A DNA stretch of 64,000 nt from Thermoplasmata archaeon (lineage in GTDB: Archaea; Thermoplasmatota; Thermoplasmata; Lutacidiplasmatales; UBA184): NCBI GenBank assembly GCA_049591535.1, contig JBAWFC010000072.1, positions 4,054 through 68,053 of the forward strand, in the 5' to 3' direction. A program made the translations under genes and the position numbers. Positions 18,579 to 28,200 of the stretch are shown here, one piece after another (within the stretch, counting starts at the first letter, position 1; every line of letters begins with the position of its first letter). Under the pieces are notes generated by a model. That model was not told where the DNA came from and did no database searches. It was given only the letters and a program-made list of their open reading frames with translations.

Positions 18579-18881
18579 ATGCTGGTCGAAATTACGGAGC
18601 TGATGGGGCGACAGGTGTACACTCCCGACGGACGACTCCTCGGCGAGGTAGACAACGTCATCGTGGACGTGGAGAACTCGAAGATCGAGGGTCTCTACAT
18701 CGATGAGACGAGCCCCATGTTAGTCGAGGACTCCCGACCGACCAGCGTCCCGTATCGTTGGGTGTCGGCGGTCAACGACGTGGTCATCCTCAAGTTCTTC
18801 CCGAAGCGCGTGTCGGTCAAGAAGGCCCCCGCGCGCGGCGCGAAGGACGCGGAACCCGCCGCGGCCCCTGTCCCGCGATAG
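18579..18881 (+). CDS. PRC-barrel domain protein
   Basis: MLVEITELMGRQVYTPDGRLLGEVDNVIVDVENSKIEGLYID is a typical archaeal PRC-barrel N-terminus. Confidence 0.8.
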   Translation: MLVEITELMGRQVYTPDGRLLGEVDNVIVDVENSKIEGLYIDETSPMLVEDSRPTSVPYRWVSAVNDVVILKFFPKRVSVKKAPARGAKDAEPAAAPVPR

Positions 18882-18885
18882 CGGT

Positions 18886-18991
18886 GCGGGGATAGCCAAG
18901 CTTGGTAACGGCGCAGGACTTAAACGGCGGCTCCTCCGCCGAAGAGATCCTGCCGCGCAGGCGTTCGCCGGTTCAAATCCGGCTCCCCGCT
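18886..18991 (+). tRNA. tRNA-Leu(UAA) with a ~22-nt intron at or next to the canonical 37/38 position
   Basis: Acceptor GCGGGGA/TCCCCGC. D arm GCC...GGC. Anticodon stem CAGGA/TCCTG with loop CTTAAA (anticodon 18921..18923). Intron cggcggctcctccgccgaagag (18925..18946) forms a CGGCGG/CCGCCG hairpin. Long variable arm. T arm GCCGG-TTCAAAT-CCGGC. No encoded CCA. Confidence 0.85.
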
Positions 18992-19005
18992 TCGCTCAGT
19001 GCCTC

Positions 19006-19662
19006 GTGGGGAACGACACGGTCATGCCTGCGTCCGAACTGCGTGGGACCGTGCGTCGCGCCGATCTCGTCCGCCAGTTGGCCCGGGTCCCGACCCCGGA
19101 GGACCCGAAGGCGGTCTGGGAGCAGGTCGTCACGCCCCCCGAGGCGGCCGCGGAACTCCTGTTCTCGGCCCTCGCTGCGGACGACCTGCTCGGCCGTTCG
19201 GTCCTCGACCTCGGCGCGGGAACCGGGCGTCTCGCGATCGGTGCCGCGCTCCTCGGCGCGACGTCGGTGCGGGGGGTGGAGATCGACTCGGAGCTGGTGA
19301 CGGCGGCGAACGCCGCCGCGAAGCTCGCCGACGTCGGCGCGGAGTTCGCCGGTGCGGACGTCGGCTCCTGGAACGAGCCCGCGGACCTCGTCGTGATGAA
19401 CCCCCCGTTCGGCGCCCAGCGACGACACGCCGACCGGCCGTTCTGGGACGCCGCGTTCCGCCTGGCCCGACGTTCGGTCTACGCCTTCGCCCTCGCCGAG
19501 TCCCGAACCTTTATAGTACGCCGCGCGGTGGACGCCGGGGCCCACGTCCTCGGGACGCGGCCCGTCGCCTGGGAGTTGCCGCGGACGTTTCCGCACCACA
19601 CCCGGCGACGGGTGGCGCTCGCCGTCGATCTCTGGGCTATCCGGACGGAACGAACCCCATGA
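19006..19662 (+). CDS. Class I SAM-dependent RNA methyltransferase (COG2263 / METTL5-like, NPPF motif)
   Basis: VLDLGAGTGRLAIGAALLGA (motif I); VVMNPPFGAQRRHADRPFW (N6-adenine type motif IV). Confidence 0.8.
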   Translation: MGNDTVMPASELRGTVRRADLVRQLARVPTPEDPKAVWEQVVTPPEAAAELLFSALAADDLLGRSVLDLGAGTGRLAIGAALLGATSVRGVEIDSELVTAANAAAKLADVGAEFAGADVGSWNEPADLVVMNPPFGAQRRHADRPFWDAAFRLARRSVYAFALAESRTFIVRRAVDAGAHVLGTRPVAWELPRTFPHHTRRRVALAVDLWAIRTERTP

Positions 19663-20252
19663 GCACTCCGACGCTACCGAACCTGGTCCTTCCCGGCGAC
19701 TACCTGGGCGCTGCGGAGGAGTTCCTCCCCGGCCGGGGCACGTACGAAGACCGCGGCCGGATCTACGCGTCGGTCCTCGGGACACCCCGCATCGACCCGC
19801 AGGACCGGACCGTGCACGTCACCCCGCGGAACGCGATCCCCGAGATCGCGGAAGGCGACCTCGTGTACGCCCGGGTGGACGAACTCAAGGCCGCGATGGC
19901 GATCTGCACGGTGATCGCGACCGGAACGAGCCACCGGACCGTGCCGGGAGCTCCCGAGGGAACGGTGCACATCTCGAAGGCGAAGGACGGCTACACCGAG
20001 TCGCTCTCGACCGAGTTCGCGATCGGGGACGTCGTCGTCGCCCGCGTCCTCCAGGCCCACCCGTCCGTCAAGCTGACGACCGCGCCGTCGAACCTCGGCG
20101 TCGTCTCCGCACACTGCCAGGTCTGCCACGCCCTGCTTACCCCCGGCCCGAAGGAGCTCGTCTGCCCCCGGTGCGGCCACCACGAGCGTCGTAAGCTGGC
20201 GAAGGGGGACCCCTCCGCGAAACCCGGTCCGGATGGTTCCGACCGCGAGTGA
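19659..20252 (+). CDS. csl4: Exosome complex RNA-binding protein Csl4
   Basis: ATG 19659 overlaps the methyltransferase stop (ATGA). LPGDYLGAAEEFLPGRGTYEDRGRIYASVLG, an S1-like core, and C-terminal zinc ribbon CQVCHALL...CPRCGH. The longer ORF 18999..20252 is a spurious 5' extension. Confidence 0.85.
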   Translation: MSTPTLPNLVLPGDYLGAAEEFLPGRGTYEDRGRIYASVLGTPRIDPQDRTVHVTPRNAIPEIAEGDLVYARVDELKAAMAICTVIATGTSHRTVPGAPEGTVHISKAKDGYTESLSTEFAIGDVVVARVLQAHPSVKLTTAPSNLGVVSAHCQVCHALLTPGPKELVCPRCGHHERRKLAKGDPSAKPGPDGSDRE

Positions 20253-21465
20253 GGAGGAGCGCCGCCTCGCGGCACTCGTCCGTTCCCACGACCGCTGGCG
20301 CGGACGGGACGTCTTCAATCTCTTGGCGAGCGAGAACGCGGTCTCGCCGACCGCGCGCAAGTACCTCTCGAGCGACCTCGCGGGACGGTACACTCTCCCG
20401 ATGGTCGCCCCGTTCGACGGGGAGACGATCGACAACAGCTACACCGGCACCCGGTACACCGACCAGATCGAAGCGCTCGCGAACTCCGCCGCGGCTCGCC
20501 TGTTCCACGGCCGGTTCGCGACGACCCGTCCCCTCTCCGGGCACATCGCGGCGCTCTCCGCGCTGGTGCCGCTCCTCCCGCCGAAGTCCCGTATCCTCGC
20601 GATCGCCCCCGACGAAGGGGGATACGACGGTTACGCGCCGGGGTTCGTTCCCTCCGTCCTCGGCTACACGGTCCGCCCGCTGCCCGCCGACGGGCCCGGC
20701 CACCAGGTCCGGGCAGAGTCCGCGGTCGAGACGATCCGCCGGGAACGGCCGAACGCGGTCGTCCTCGGTCAGAGCTTCTTCCTGTTCCCCTACCCCCTCC
20801 GAGAGATCGCGGAGGCGGCGCACTCCGAGAACGCGCTTGTCTTCTACGACGCGTCGCACGTCCTCGGCCTGATCGCGGGCGGCCAGTTCCAGGACCCCTT
20901 GCGGGAGGGCGCCGACGTGCTGTTCGGCAGCACCCACAAGTCGTTCCCGGGCCCCCAGGGCGGACTCCTCGTCACGGACCGCGAGGACCTGTTCCAGCAG
21001 CTCGACCCGGCGCTCGTCTGGAGGGTGTTCGACAACGCGCACTGGAACCGGATCGCGGCTCTCGCCCAGACCCTGCTCGAGCTCGAACGGTGCGGGACCG
21101 AATACGCCGCCACCGTCGTGGAGAACGCCCGCGCCCTCGGCCGCGCGCTCTCCGACCGGGGCGTCCCGCTCGTCGCGGAAGCCGAAGGGTTCACCCGGTC
21201 CCACCAGCTCCACCTCGACCGAGCGGCCCTCCGGGCCCGGCACGACGTCGGCGCCGGCGTCCTCGCACGGCGGCTCGAACGCCAGCGCCTCCTGATCGAC
21301 CTCGTGGGACGCATCGGCACCGCGGAGGTCGCCCGGCTCGGCCTCACTCCCGCGGACATGCCGCGCCTCGCGGACCTCTGGGTCCGCGGTGGGCTGAAAC
21401 AGGAGCGGGTCGGGGCCGAGGTGCTCGCCTGGCGTCGCACGTTCCGCGCCCTCCGATTCGCCTAG
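20233..21465 (+). CDS. glyA: Serine hydroxymethyltransferase
   Basis: NLLASENAVSPTARKYLSSDLAGRY; PLP-lysine region GSTHKSFPGPQGG. Confidence 0.95.
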   Translation: MVPTASEEERRLAALVRSHDRWRGRDVFNLLASENAVSPTARKYLSSDLAGRYTLPMVAPFDGETIDNSYTGTRYTDQIEALANSAAARLFHGRFATTRPLSGHIAALSALVPLLPPKSRILAIAPDEGGYDGYAPGFVPSVLGYTVRPLPADGPGHQVRAESAVETIRRERPNAVVLGQSFFLFPYPLREIAEAAHSENALVFYDASHVLGLIAGGQFQDPLREGADVLFGSTHKSFPGPQGGLLVTDREDLFQQLDPALVWRVFDNAHWNRIAALAQTLLELERCGTEYAATVVENARALGRALSDRGVPLVAEAEGFTRSHQLHLDRAALRARHDVGAGVLARRLERQRLLIDLVGRIGTAEVARLGLTPADMPRLADLWVRGGLKQERVGAEVLAWRRTFRALRFA

Positions 21466-21475
21466 GAAGGCGCCG

Positions 21476-22021
21476 GTGGCCCGGACCGTAGCGCTCACCG
21501 GGACCCCCGGTACCGGGAAGAGCTCCGTCGCGGAGCGCCTCGCTCCCCGGTGGCACTGCGTGGAGGTCGCCTCCCTCGCCCGGACGCACCACGCGGCGCG
21601 AACGGTTGCGGGCGGGGTCGAGGTCGACCTCCCCCGGCTGCGACGGGAGCTCGCGAAGCCGGGCGGACTCCGGGGCATCGATGTCGTCGTCGGCCATCTC
21701 GCGCACCTCCTACCGGTGCGGGACGTCGTCGTGCTGCGATGTCACCCGATCGAGCTCGAGCAGCGCCTCCGGCGCGCCCGGCGCGGCTCCCCGTCGGACC
21801 GGCGGGAGAATGCGAGCGCCGAGGCGACCGACGTCGTGCTGGCCGAAGCGGTAGGGCCGGGCCGTCGCGTCTGGGAGTTCGATACGACCGGGCGGACCGT
21901 GTCGGCCGTCGCCCGGTCGGTCGCGCGCCGACTTCGGCTCCGGGGTCCGTCGGTCGTGGGGGCGGTCGATTGGCTCGCCGACCCGACGGTGACCGCGCAC
22001 CTTTTGGAGCGACCGCCCTAG
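21476..22021 (+). CDS. Fap7/AK6-like nucleotide kinase (putative adenylate kinase, archaeal COG1936)
   Basis: GTG start; P-loop VALTGTPGTGKSSVAERL; size about 180 aa. Confidence 0.7.
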   Translation: MARTVALTGTPGTGKSSVAERLAPRWHCVEVASLARTHHAARTVAGGVEVDLPRLRRELAKPGGLRGIDVVVGHLAHLLPVRDVVVLRCHPIELEQRLRRARRGSPSDRRENASAEATDVVLAEAVGPGRRVWEFDTTGRTVSAVARSVARRLRLRGPSVVGAVDWLADPTVTAHLLERPP

Positions 22022-22029
22022 GGACCTGT

Positions 22030-22692
22030 ATGGTACTAGAAGGGTACCGAGCCCGGGTCGCTCCGTACGTCGCCCGGATGGCGCGACCGTTCCTGGGCTG
22101 GCGCCCAAGCTGGCTCAGCTGGACCGCGCTCGGCCTGGCGGGCGCCGCGGCCGTACTCGCGGCGCTCGTCCACTGGTCGTCGCCGCTGCTCTTCCTCCCG
22201 GTCGCGGTGCTGATCTTTCTCGCGGGGCTGTTCGACGTCCTGGACGGCGCGGTCGCCCGCACGACCGGTCGGACCTCGCTCCGCGGCGACGTCCTCGACC
22301 ACGTGATCGACCGATACGCCGACATCCTGTTCGTGCTCGGGATCGCGATCTCGGGGTTCGCGAACCCGATCCTCGCGCTGCTCGCGCTCGTGAGCCTCCT
22401 CCTGACGAGCTACATGGGCGCTCAGGCCCAAGCGGTAGGGCAGGGGCGGAGCTACGGCGGTCTCCTCTCCCGCGCCGACCGGCTCGTGGTGCTCGCGATC
22501 GCGACGTTCCTCGAATTCGACTGGTCGCTGCCGTGGCCGTGGGCGCCGTCGGAGCCGTGGGCCCGGTTCCACCTCGGGGGGGTCGAGTTCACCGTGATCG
22601 ACGTCGCGTTCCTCTACTTCGTCATCGCGGGCCAGTGGACCGCGCTCGCCCGTGGGCTCCGGACGTATCGGGCCCTCCCTCCGGCGCCGTGA
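22030..22692 (+). CDS. CDP-alcohol phosphatidyltransferase (archaeal phospholipid head-group synthase; specific substrate not assignable)
   Basis: ATG 22030 lies inside ORF 21550..22692. Motif DVLDGAVARTTGRTSLRGDVLDHVIDRYAD fits D-x2-DG-x2-AR...G-x3-D-x3-D. Multiple TM helices. Confidence 0.85.
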   Translation: MVLEGYRARVAPYVARMARPFLGWRPSWLSWTALGLAGAAAVLAALVHWSSPLLFLPVAVLIFLAGLFDVLDGAVARTTGRTSLRGDVLDHVIDRYADILFVLGIAISGFANPILALLALVSLLLTSYMGAQAQAVGQGRSYGGLLSRADRLVVLAIATFLEFDWSLPWPWAPSEPWARFHLGGVEFTVIDVAFLYFVIAGQWTALARGLRTYRALPPAP

Positions 22693-23815
22693 CCGGGGGC
22701 GCGTCGTCGGACGACCCGCGCTCGACTAGCACGCCGCCCCGGATCCGGTAGTACTGGAGGGGATGCCGGAGGTACTCCTCGTGGCAGAGCCGGTCCGGCG
22801 GCCGGTCGACCGGTGAGGGCGCCGACGGGTCCCCCTCCCGCACGCAGAGACCGTGGCTGCGCAACGTGTCGCACTCGGGAGGCTCGTACCCGACCCCGCC
22901 GTTCCGCTGGGTGATGTGCTCCACCTGGTAGCGCGTGACCGACTCATCGAAGTCGGGGGCGCCCCGGTACGCGTCGACGATCGTCTCGAAGTCGGCCCCG
23001 ACCCGGTGGAGGAACGAGGCGAGCGCGAACCGTCCGGAGTGCGAGAGGTTCTCTCCCGCCTGGAGGGTGCGCTGCATCTTCCGGATGCAGGGCGGGAAGC
23101 GGCTCGGCAGGATCGAGCCGGCCGGCCCCGTCGTCCGCGCTACGGGGAGCGGGATCCGCTCGGCGAGGGTGCCGAACAGCTCCGCCTCCCGCTCGCGCGC
23201 GAGGTGCCGGACGTCCTCGGCGAGGGGAACGGCGACGGCGAGCCGCAGGCGCACGGCCTCCTGGAGCAGCCGCGCCGCCCGCACCCGCCCGACGACGACC
23301 CGTCCGTGGTCGACGTCCTGACGGGCGAGGCGGAAGTCGGCCTCACGGATCGGCACGGCGAGGCGCAGGTAGTCGACGAGCGGGACCCCGACCCGATCCG
23401 CCCCGACCGCCTCCATCGCAAACCCGAGCCGGCCGGCGACCTCGACCAGCTCCTCCGGGGGGACGTCCCGCAGGCGGCCGTACGTCCGCTTCGCCTCGGC
23501 GACGGCCCACCGTCGGAGGCCCGCGGGCGACGGGGCGGCGGCGAGGAGGATCCGCGCGAAGAGGAACGAGAGGTACCGGACGTCGGGCTCCGCTCCCGCG
23601 AGCTCTTCCACGTCCTTCGTCGCCCGGGGGTCGTCGGCCGCCGCGAGGACACGGGCCCGGCCGATCGCGCGGGCGCGGGCGTACGCCGCGTCGGCGAGCA
23701 GCGCGCGGACGGAGACGGGCTCGTCCCCGAGGAGCGTCTCCGCCCCCGCGAGGAACGGGTACTCCGCGAAGAGCGAGCGCTCGTCTAGAGGAGTCGAGGA
23801 ACGACGAACTGCCAT
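22622..23815 (-). CDS. priL: DNA primase large subunit PriL
   Basis: ATG 23815 (MAVRRSSTPLDERSLFAEYPF) lies inside ORF 22622..25039. Fe-S domain region FPPCIRKMQRTLQAGENLSHSGRFALASFLHRVG. Confidence 0.85.
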   Translation of the reverse strand: MAVRRSSTPLDERSLFAEYPFLAGAETLLGDEPVSVRALLADAAYARARAIGRARVLAAADDPRATKDVEELAGAEPDVRYLSFLFARILLAAAPSPAGLRRWAVAEAKRTYGRLRDVPPEELVEVAGRLGFAMEAVGADRVGVPLVDYLRLAVPIREADFRLARQDVDHGRVVVGRVRAARLLQEAVRLRLAVAVPLAEDVRHLAREREAELFGTLAERIPLPVARTTGPAGSILPSRFPPCIRKMQRTLQAGENLSHSGRFALASFLHRVGADFETIVDAYRGAPDFDESVTRYQVEHITQRNGGVGYEPPECDTLRSHGLCVREGDPSAPSPVDRPPDRLCHEEYLRHPLQYYRIRGGVLVERGSSDDAPPVTAPEGGPDTSGAHGRARSTGPR

Positions 23816-25197
23816 GCGAGGAGCACGAGGACGATGAGGGACGACGCGGTCACGGCGCGCGAGCCGAACGAGTCCAACTGCGCGGCGCTCCATGCTTTGC
23901 GGAAGCGCGCCGCGATCGACGCGGCGAAGTCCCGGAACAGAAGCCCCCCGTCGAGCGGTACCAGCGGAAGCGCGTTCGACGCCCCGAGCAGGAGGTTCAT
24001 CCAGGCGAGCCAGTAGAGGATGTTCGCGGCGATCCAGAACGTCGACGGGTTCGCCCCGGCCAGCGGGCCCGACAGGTGGTAGAAGTTCATCGTCGAGCCA
24101 TCGACCGGCTCGAGGGTCGCGAGCGGGAGGACCAGCCAATCGAGGGCGCCCGTGACCGGTCCGTACGGACTCGAGAGGGGGGAGACGAGGGAGTTGCGGA
24201 GTTCGGTGGGGGTGAGGAAGGCGACCCCGACCCCGAGGAAGCCGCGGCCCGCGACCGTCGGGCTCGGTGCGAGCGTCACGTTCGTCGTGACCGTGCGGGC
24301 GAGCGCGGCCGAATAGAACACCACGGTGACGACCTGTCCCGGATGGGTATCGACGAGCGACGACTCGAACAGGTTGTTGTTCGTCGTGGCCGTCCCGTTG
24401 ATCGAGAGGATGATGTCTCCCGGAACGAGGGTCGCGTTGGCGGCGGGCGTGTTCGATTCGACGAGCGTGACGCCGACCCCGTTCGCGTTCGGCGTGACGG
24501 ACGAAGCGACCAGCAGGGAGAGCGCGACGAAGAACAAGAGCGTGAGCGCGAAGTTCGCGAGGACCCCCGCCGCGGCGACGCGGTCGCGTCGCCGCCGGGA
24601 GGCGGCCATCATGTCCGCGTCGTCCTGTTCGACGAACGCCCCGACCGGGACGACGCACCAGAGGATCCCGAGCGTCTTGACCCCGATCCCCTGGGAGCGC
24701 GCCACGACGCCGTGGGCGAGTTCGTGGAGGACGACGCCGACGACGAGGGCCAGGATCCCGTAGCCGATCGGGATGATCGGGTTGATCCCGGGAAGCCCGA
24801 GGGCCTCGCTGACCGGAGGCGCCGTCGCGGCCGTGAGCCGGAACGAGAGGACCGCGTCGAACAGGAGCAGCACGACGATCGCGGCCATCGCGATCGCCGC
24901 GAGCGCGATGCCGAGGTCGGCGGCGTAGGTCCAGAACCGACGGAAGCGCGCCCAGTGCTCGAGGGCGGACCGTCCCCGGCGCGTCTTGATCATCAGTGCC
25001 GGGCCCATGAGGGTCAGCGCACGGTCGGGTCCGATCCAACCGGCCCGGTAGAACGCGTAGACGAGGACGCCGTAGGCCACGACAACGACGAGCGCGATCT
25101 CGTAGCCCAAGTACGGGTCCAACGACGCGCCTCGGCCCGGATACGCCGCGCGTTGGTTATGAGGTCTTTCGGGGCCGGAGGACGGGGCGTGGGTCAA
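23785..25197 (-). CDS. Site-2 protease family (M50) membrane metalloprotease with PDZ-like insert
   Basis: HELAHGVVARSQGIGVK (HExxH), multiple TM helices, NALPLVPLDGG motif. Confidence 0.85.
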   Translation of the reverse strand: MTHAPSSGPERPHNQRAAYPGRGASLDPYLGYEIALVVVVAYGVLVYAFYRAGWIGPDRALTLMGPALMIKTRRGRSALEHWARFRRFWTYAADLGIALAAIAMAAIVVLLLFDAVLSFRLTAATAPPVSEALGLPGINPIIPIGYGILALVVGVVLHELAHGVVARSQGIGVKTLGILWCVVPVGAFVEQDDADMMAASRRRRDRVAAAGVLANFALTLLFFVALSLLVASSVTPNANGVGVTLVESNTPAANATLVPGDIILSINGTATTNNNLFESSLVDTHPGQVVTVVFYSAALARTVTTNVTLAPSPTVAGRGFLGVGVAFLTPTELRNSLVSPLSSPYGPVTGALDWLVLPLATLEPVDGSTMNFYHLSGPLAGANPSTFWIAANILYWLAWMNLLLGASNALPLVPLDGGLLFRDFAASIAARFRKAWSAAQLDSFGSRAVTASSLIVLVLLAWQFVVPRLL

Positions 25198-25233
25198 ACA
25201 TATGGGCGAGGGACGACCCTAGGTACCGGGACG

Positions 25234-28200
25234 ATGTCGCGGCGGGTGATCTCGGCCCTGCTCACTGCGGGGATCCTCCTCGTCTCGAGTCTTCTGTTCG
25301 TGGGAGCGGCGGGCCCGACCGCCCCTGGGTCGCCGGGGGATCTGCTGTCGGTCGGGGACTCCGCCGCCTTCGCGACCCCCGCGGCTTCGGTCGTCGTGGT
25401 CGCGCCGGGGTTTTCTCCCGGCACCGGGGTCCGCGACCTGGGCCCCGTACCCCACTCGACCTTGTTCGACGTGGCCGTGGGCGTCGCCCCGCAGAACCCC
25501 TCGGGCCTCACCGCGTACCTCGCGGCGCTCTACTTCCCCGGATCGCCCGCGTACCATCACTTCCTTTCGGACGCGACGCTGTCGAAGGAGTTCGGGGCGA
25601 CGCCCGCATCGCTCGCTTCCGTGGTCGACTACTTCGAGTCGTACGGGCTTCGGGCGACCGTCAGTCCGGACCGGCTCCTCGTGACCGTGGAGGGAACCGC
25701 GGCGGACCTGGGTCCGGCGTTCGGAACGTCGTTCCAGGAGTACGGTGCGCTCTCGGGGGTCGATTTCGTCAGCCATTCGAGCCCGGCCGAACTCCCCGCG
25801 GACCTCGCGGTCACCGGCGTTCTGGGCTTGGGCAACGCGACCCCGATCCTCCCGTCGGTCGCCGGTACGGCGCCCCTCGAACCGATCGGGGGTCCGGACG
25901 CCACCTGTTCCGGGAATGCCGGCGGACCCTACTCGCCGTGCCAGATCCAGACAGCGTACGACATGACCGGCACCCTCGACAACGGCACCGACGGGGCCGG
26001 CGTCACGATCGCGGTCGTGGACGCCTACGACGGCACACAAACTCAGGATCAACTGGAGTCCGACCTTGCCTCCTTCGATTCCGGGTTCCAACTTCCCACT
26101 CCGAGCGTCCAGTATCTCTACCCCGTGGCGTCCGACCACGACCTCAATACGTCCGACACCGGATGGGGCGACGAAGAGGCGCTCGACCTCGAGTGGTCCC
26201 ACGCGAGCGCGCCCGGGGCCGCGATCGACATGACGTTCTCTCCCAACCCCGGCGCCGGTCTCTACGAGGCGGTCGACTACCTGGTCGCGCACCAGGTCGT
26301 CGACGTGATCTCGTTGAGCTGGGGCGAGCCGGACGTCGGGGTCTACAACTCCTACAGCGGGCCCTGCTCGTCCGCGTGCAACGCCTCCACGGACGGGTCG
26401 TATGCCATCCTCGGCCCCGTGCTCGAGTTCGCCGCAGCGGAAGGGATCAGCGTTTTCGCGGCGAGCGGCGACTGCGGCGGGGCGGACGGTACGAACGGTC
26501 TCTCCACGAACTTCCCCGCGTCCGACCCGTACGTCACGGGCGTCGGAGGGACCGTCCTCTCCGCGGCCGCCGACGGCACCTACGCGGGGGAGACCGGCTG
26601 GAGCGGTAGCGCGTCCGGGTCCCGTTCCCCGGGGTGTCAGAACCAGGGGGGCTCGGGCGGGGGCTTCGCTCCGTTCCCCCAGCCGTGGTGGCAGCAGGGC
26701 GAGGGCGTCCCGTCCGGGAGCGCCTACCGCGGCGTGCCGGACGTCTCCGCGGTCTCGATGCCGGGCGTGGAGTTCTATTACGCGGGAGGGTTCTCGTCGG
26801 TCGCCGGCACGAGCCTCGCGACCCCGATCTGGGCCGGGATCGCCGCCCTCGCCGACCAGTACTCCGGTACCCCGCTCGGCCTCCTCAACCCGTCGCTCTA
26901 CTCCGTTCTGCGGAACGCGACGAGCTACGCCGACGCCTTCCACGACGTCGTCTCCGGGAACAACACCTACGGCGCGGGCGCCGGATGGGACCCGGTGACC
27001 GGGATCGGCTCCCCCATCGTCGGCGGGCTGCTACCGGAGCTGATGGCGAGTCCGCGCGCACTGAGCAGTCTGGAGGTCGCGCTCCACGTCTCGGCGACTT
27101 CGGGTCGGGCGCCGCTGAACGTGTCGTTCACCGTGAGCGCGACGAACGGCTCGGGGTCGTATCCGCTCGAGGGGGTGTACTTCGGCGACGGCACGGCCGG
27201 GCTCGCCGTGGACGGGGCGGCGAGCCACACGTACACCACCGCCGGCGTCTTCGCGGCGCAGGCGTACGCGGTCGACCGGTCGGGGAACACATCGACCTCC
27301 GTCCCGATCGCGCTCGTGGTCGGCGGCGGGAGCGCGCTCGCAGTGAACCTGACCGCGTCCAGCCTCGACCCCTCGGTCGGCTCCGAGGTCGACCTCACCG
27401 CGAGCGCGACCGGCGGCACCGGCCCCGACTCCTTCGAGTACTCCTTCGGAGATGGGACGTTCCTGAACTGGACGGGGGCCGCCTCGGTCGAGCACGCCTA
27501 CGCCGTTCGCGGGTCGTTCTGCGCGGAGGTGGTGGTGCGCGACTCCGGCTCACCGCCCGCCGGTGGGTCGAGCCGGCCGGTCGGGATCGCGGTCGGCACC
27601 GCGACGTCTCCGACGTGCGGTCCGCCGGACCTTCCGCTCGTCGTCTCCGCGAACTCCTCGGCCCAGGCCCGGGACGCCCCCGCCGACTTCCCGGCGCTGT
27701 TCGGCGTCTCGGGAGGGTCGGGGACGACGACCGAGCAGTACCGTTCGAGCGACCCGTACGTAGCCGCGTGCAACTGCGCGATCTTCCCGTCGTCGGGGAC
27801 CGGACCCGAGCCGGTCTGGTTGTACGTGAACGACAGCGCCGGCCAGAGGGCGGTCGCCGAGACGAACGTGACGGTGGAGCCGCCGCTGGCCGCGTTGCTC
27901 GCGACCTCGCGACCGTACGGGCCCGCGCCCTGGACGGTCGTGTTCACGGCGAGCGTCAGCGGAGGCGACGCGGCGAACGCGGCCGACACCGAGTGGACCT
28001 TCGGGGACGGGGGCACCGCGACCGGCGCCTCGGTCCGCGAGACGTATCCCGACCCCGGGATGTACTGGGCCCTCGGCCAACTCTCCGACGGGGGGGAGGG
28101 GAACGCGAGCGAGGCGTTCCTGGTCGACGTATCGGGGCCGGGGGCGCCGGCCCCGGACTACCTCCGCGCGACCGTCGACCCCGCGGTGGACGTCCCCTCC

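Noticed and set aside
24076-25233. 386-codon 5' extension of the peptidase ORF (24076..29121)
   Set aside because: The extension is antisense to the M50 protease gene and is R/D/E-rich. A proper signal peptide begins at ATG 25234. Similar spurious 5' extensions were trimmed for ORFs 3027..4676, 7392..8735, 18999..20252, 21550..22692, 22622..25039, 33559..35898, 38843..39493, 39307..40536, 45333..45959, 47390..50317, 50191..54024, 59415..61385 and 61336..63711.
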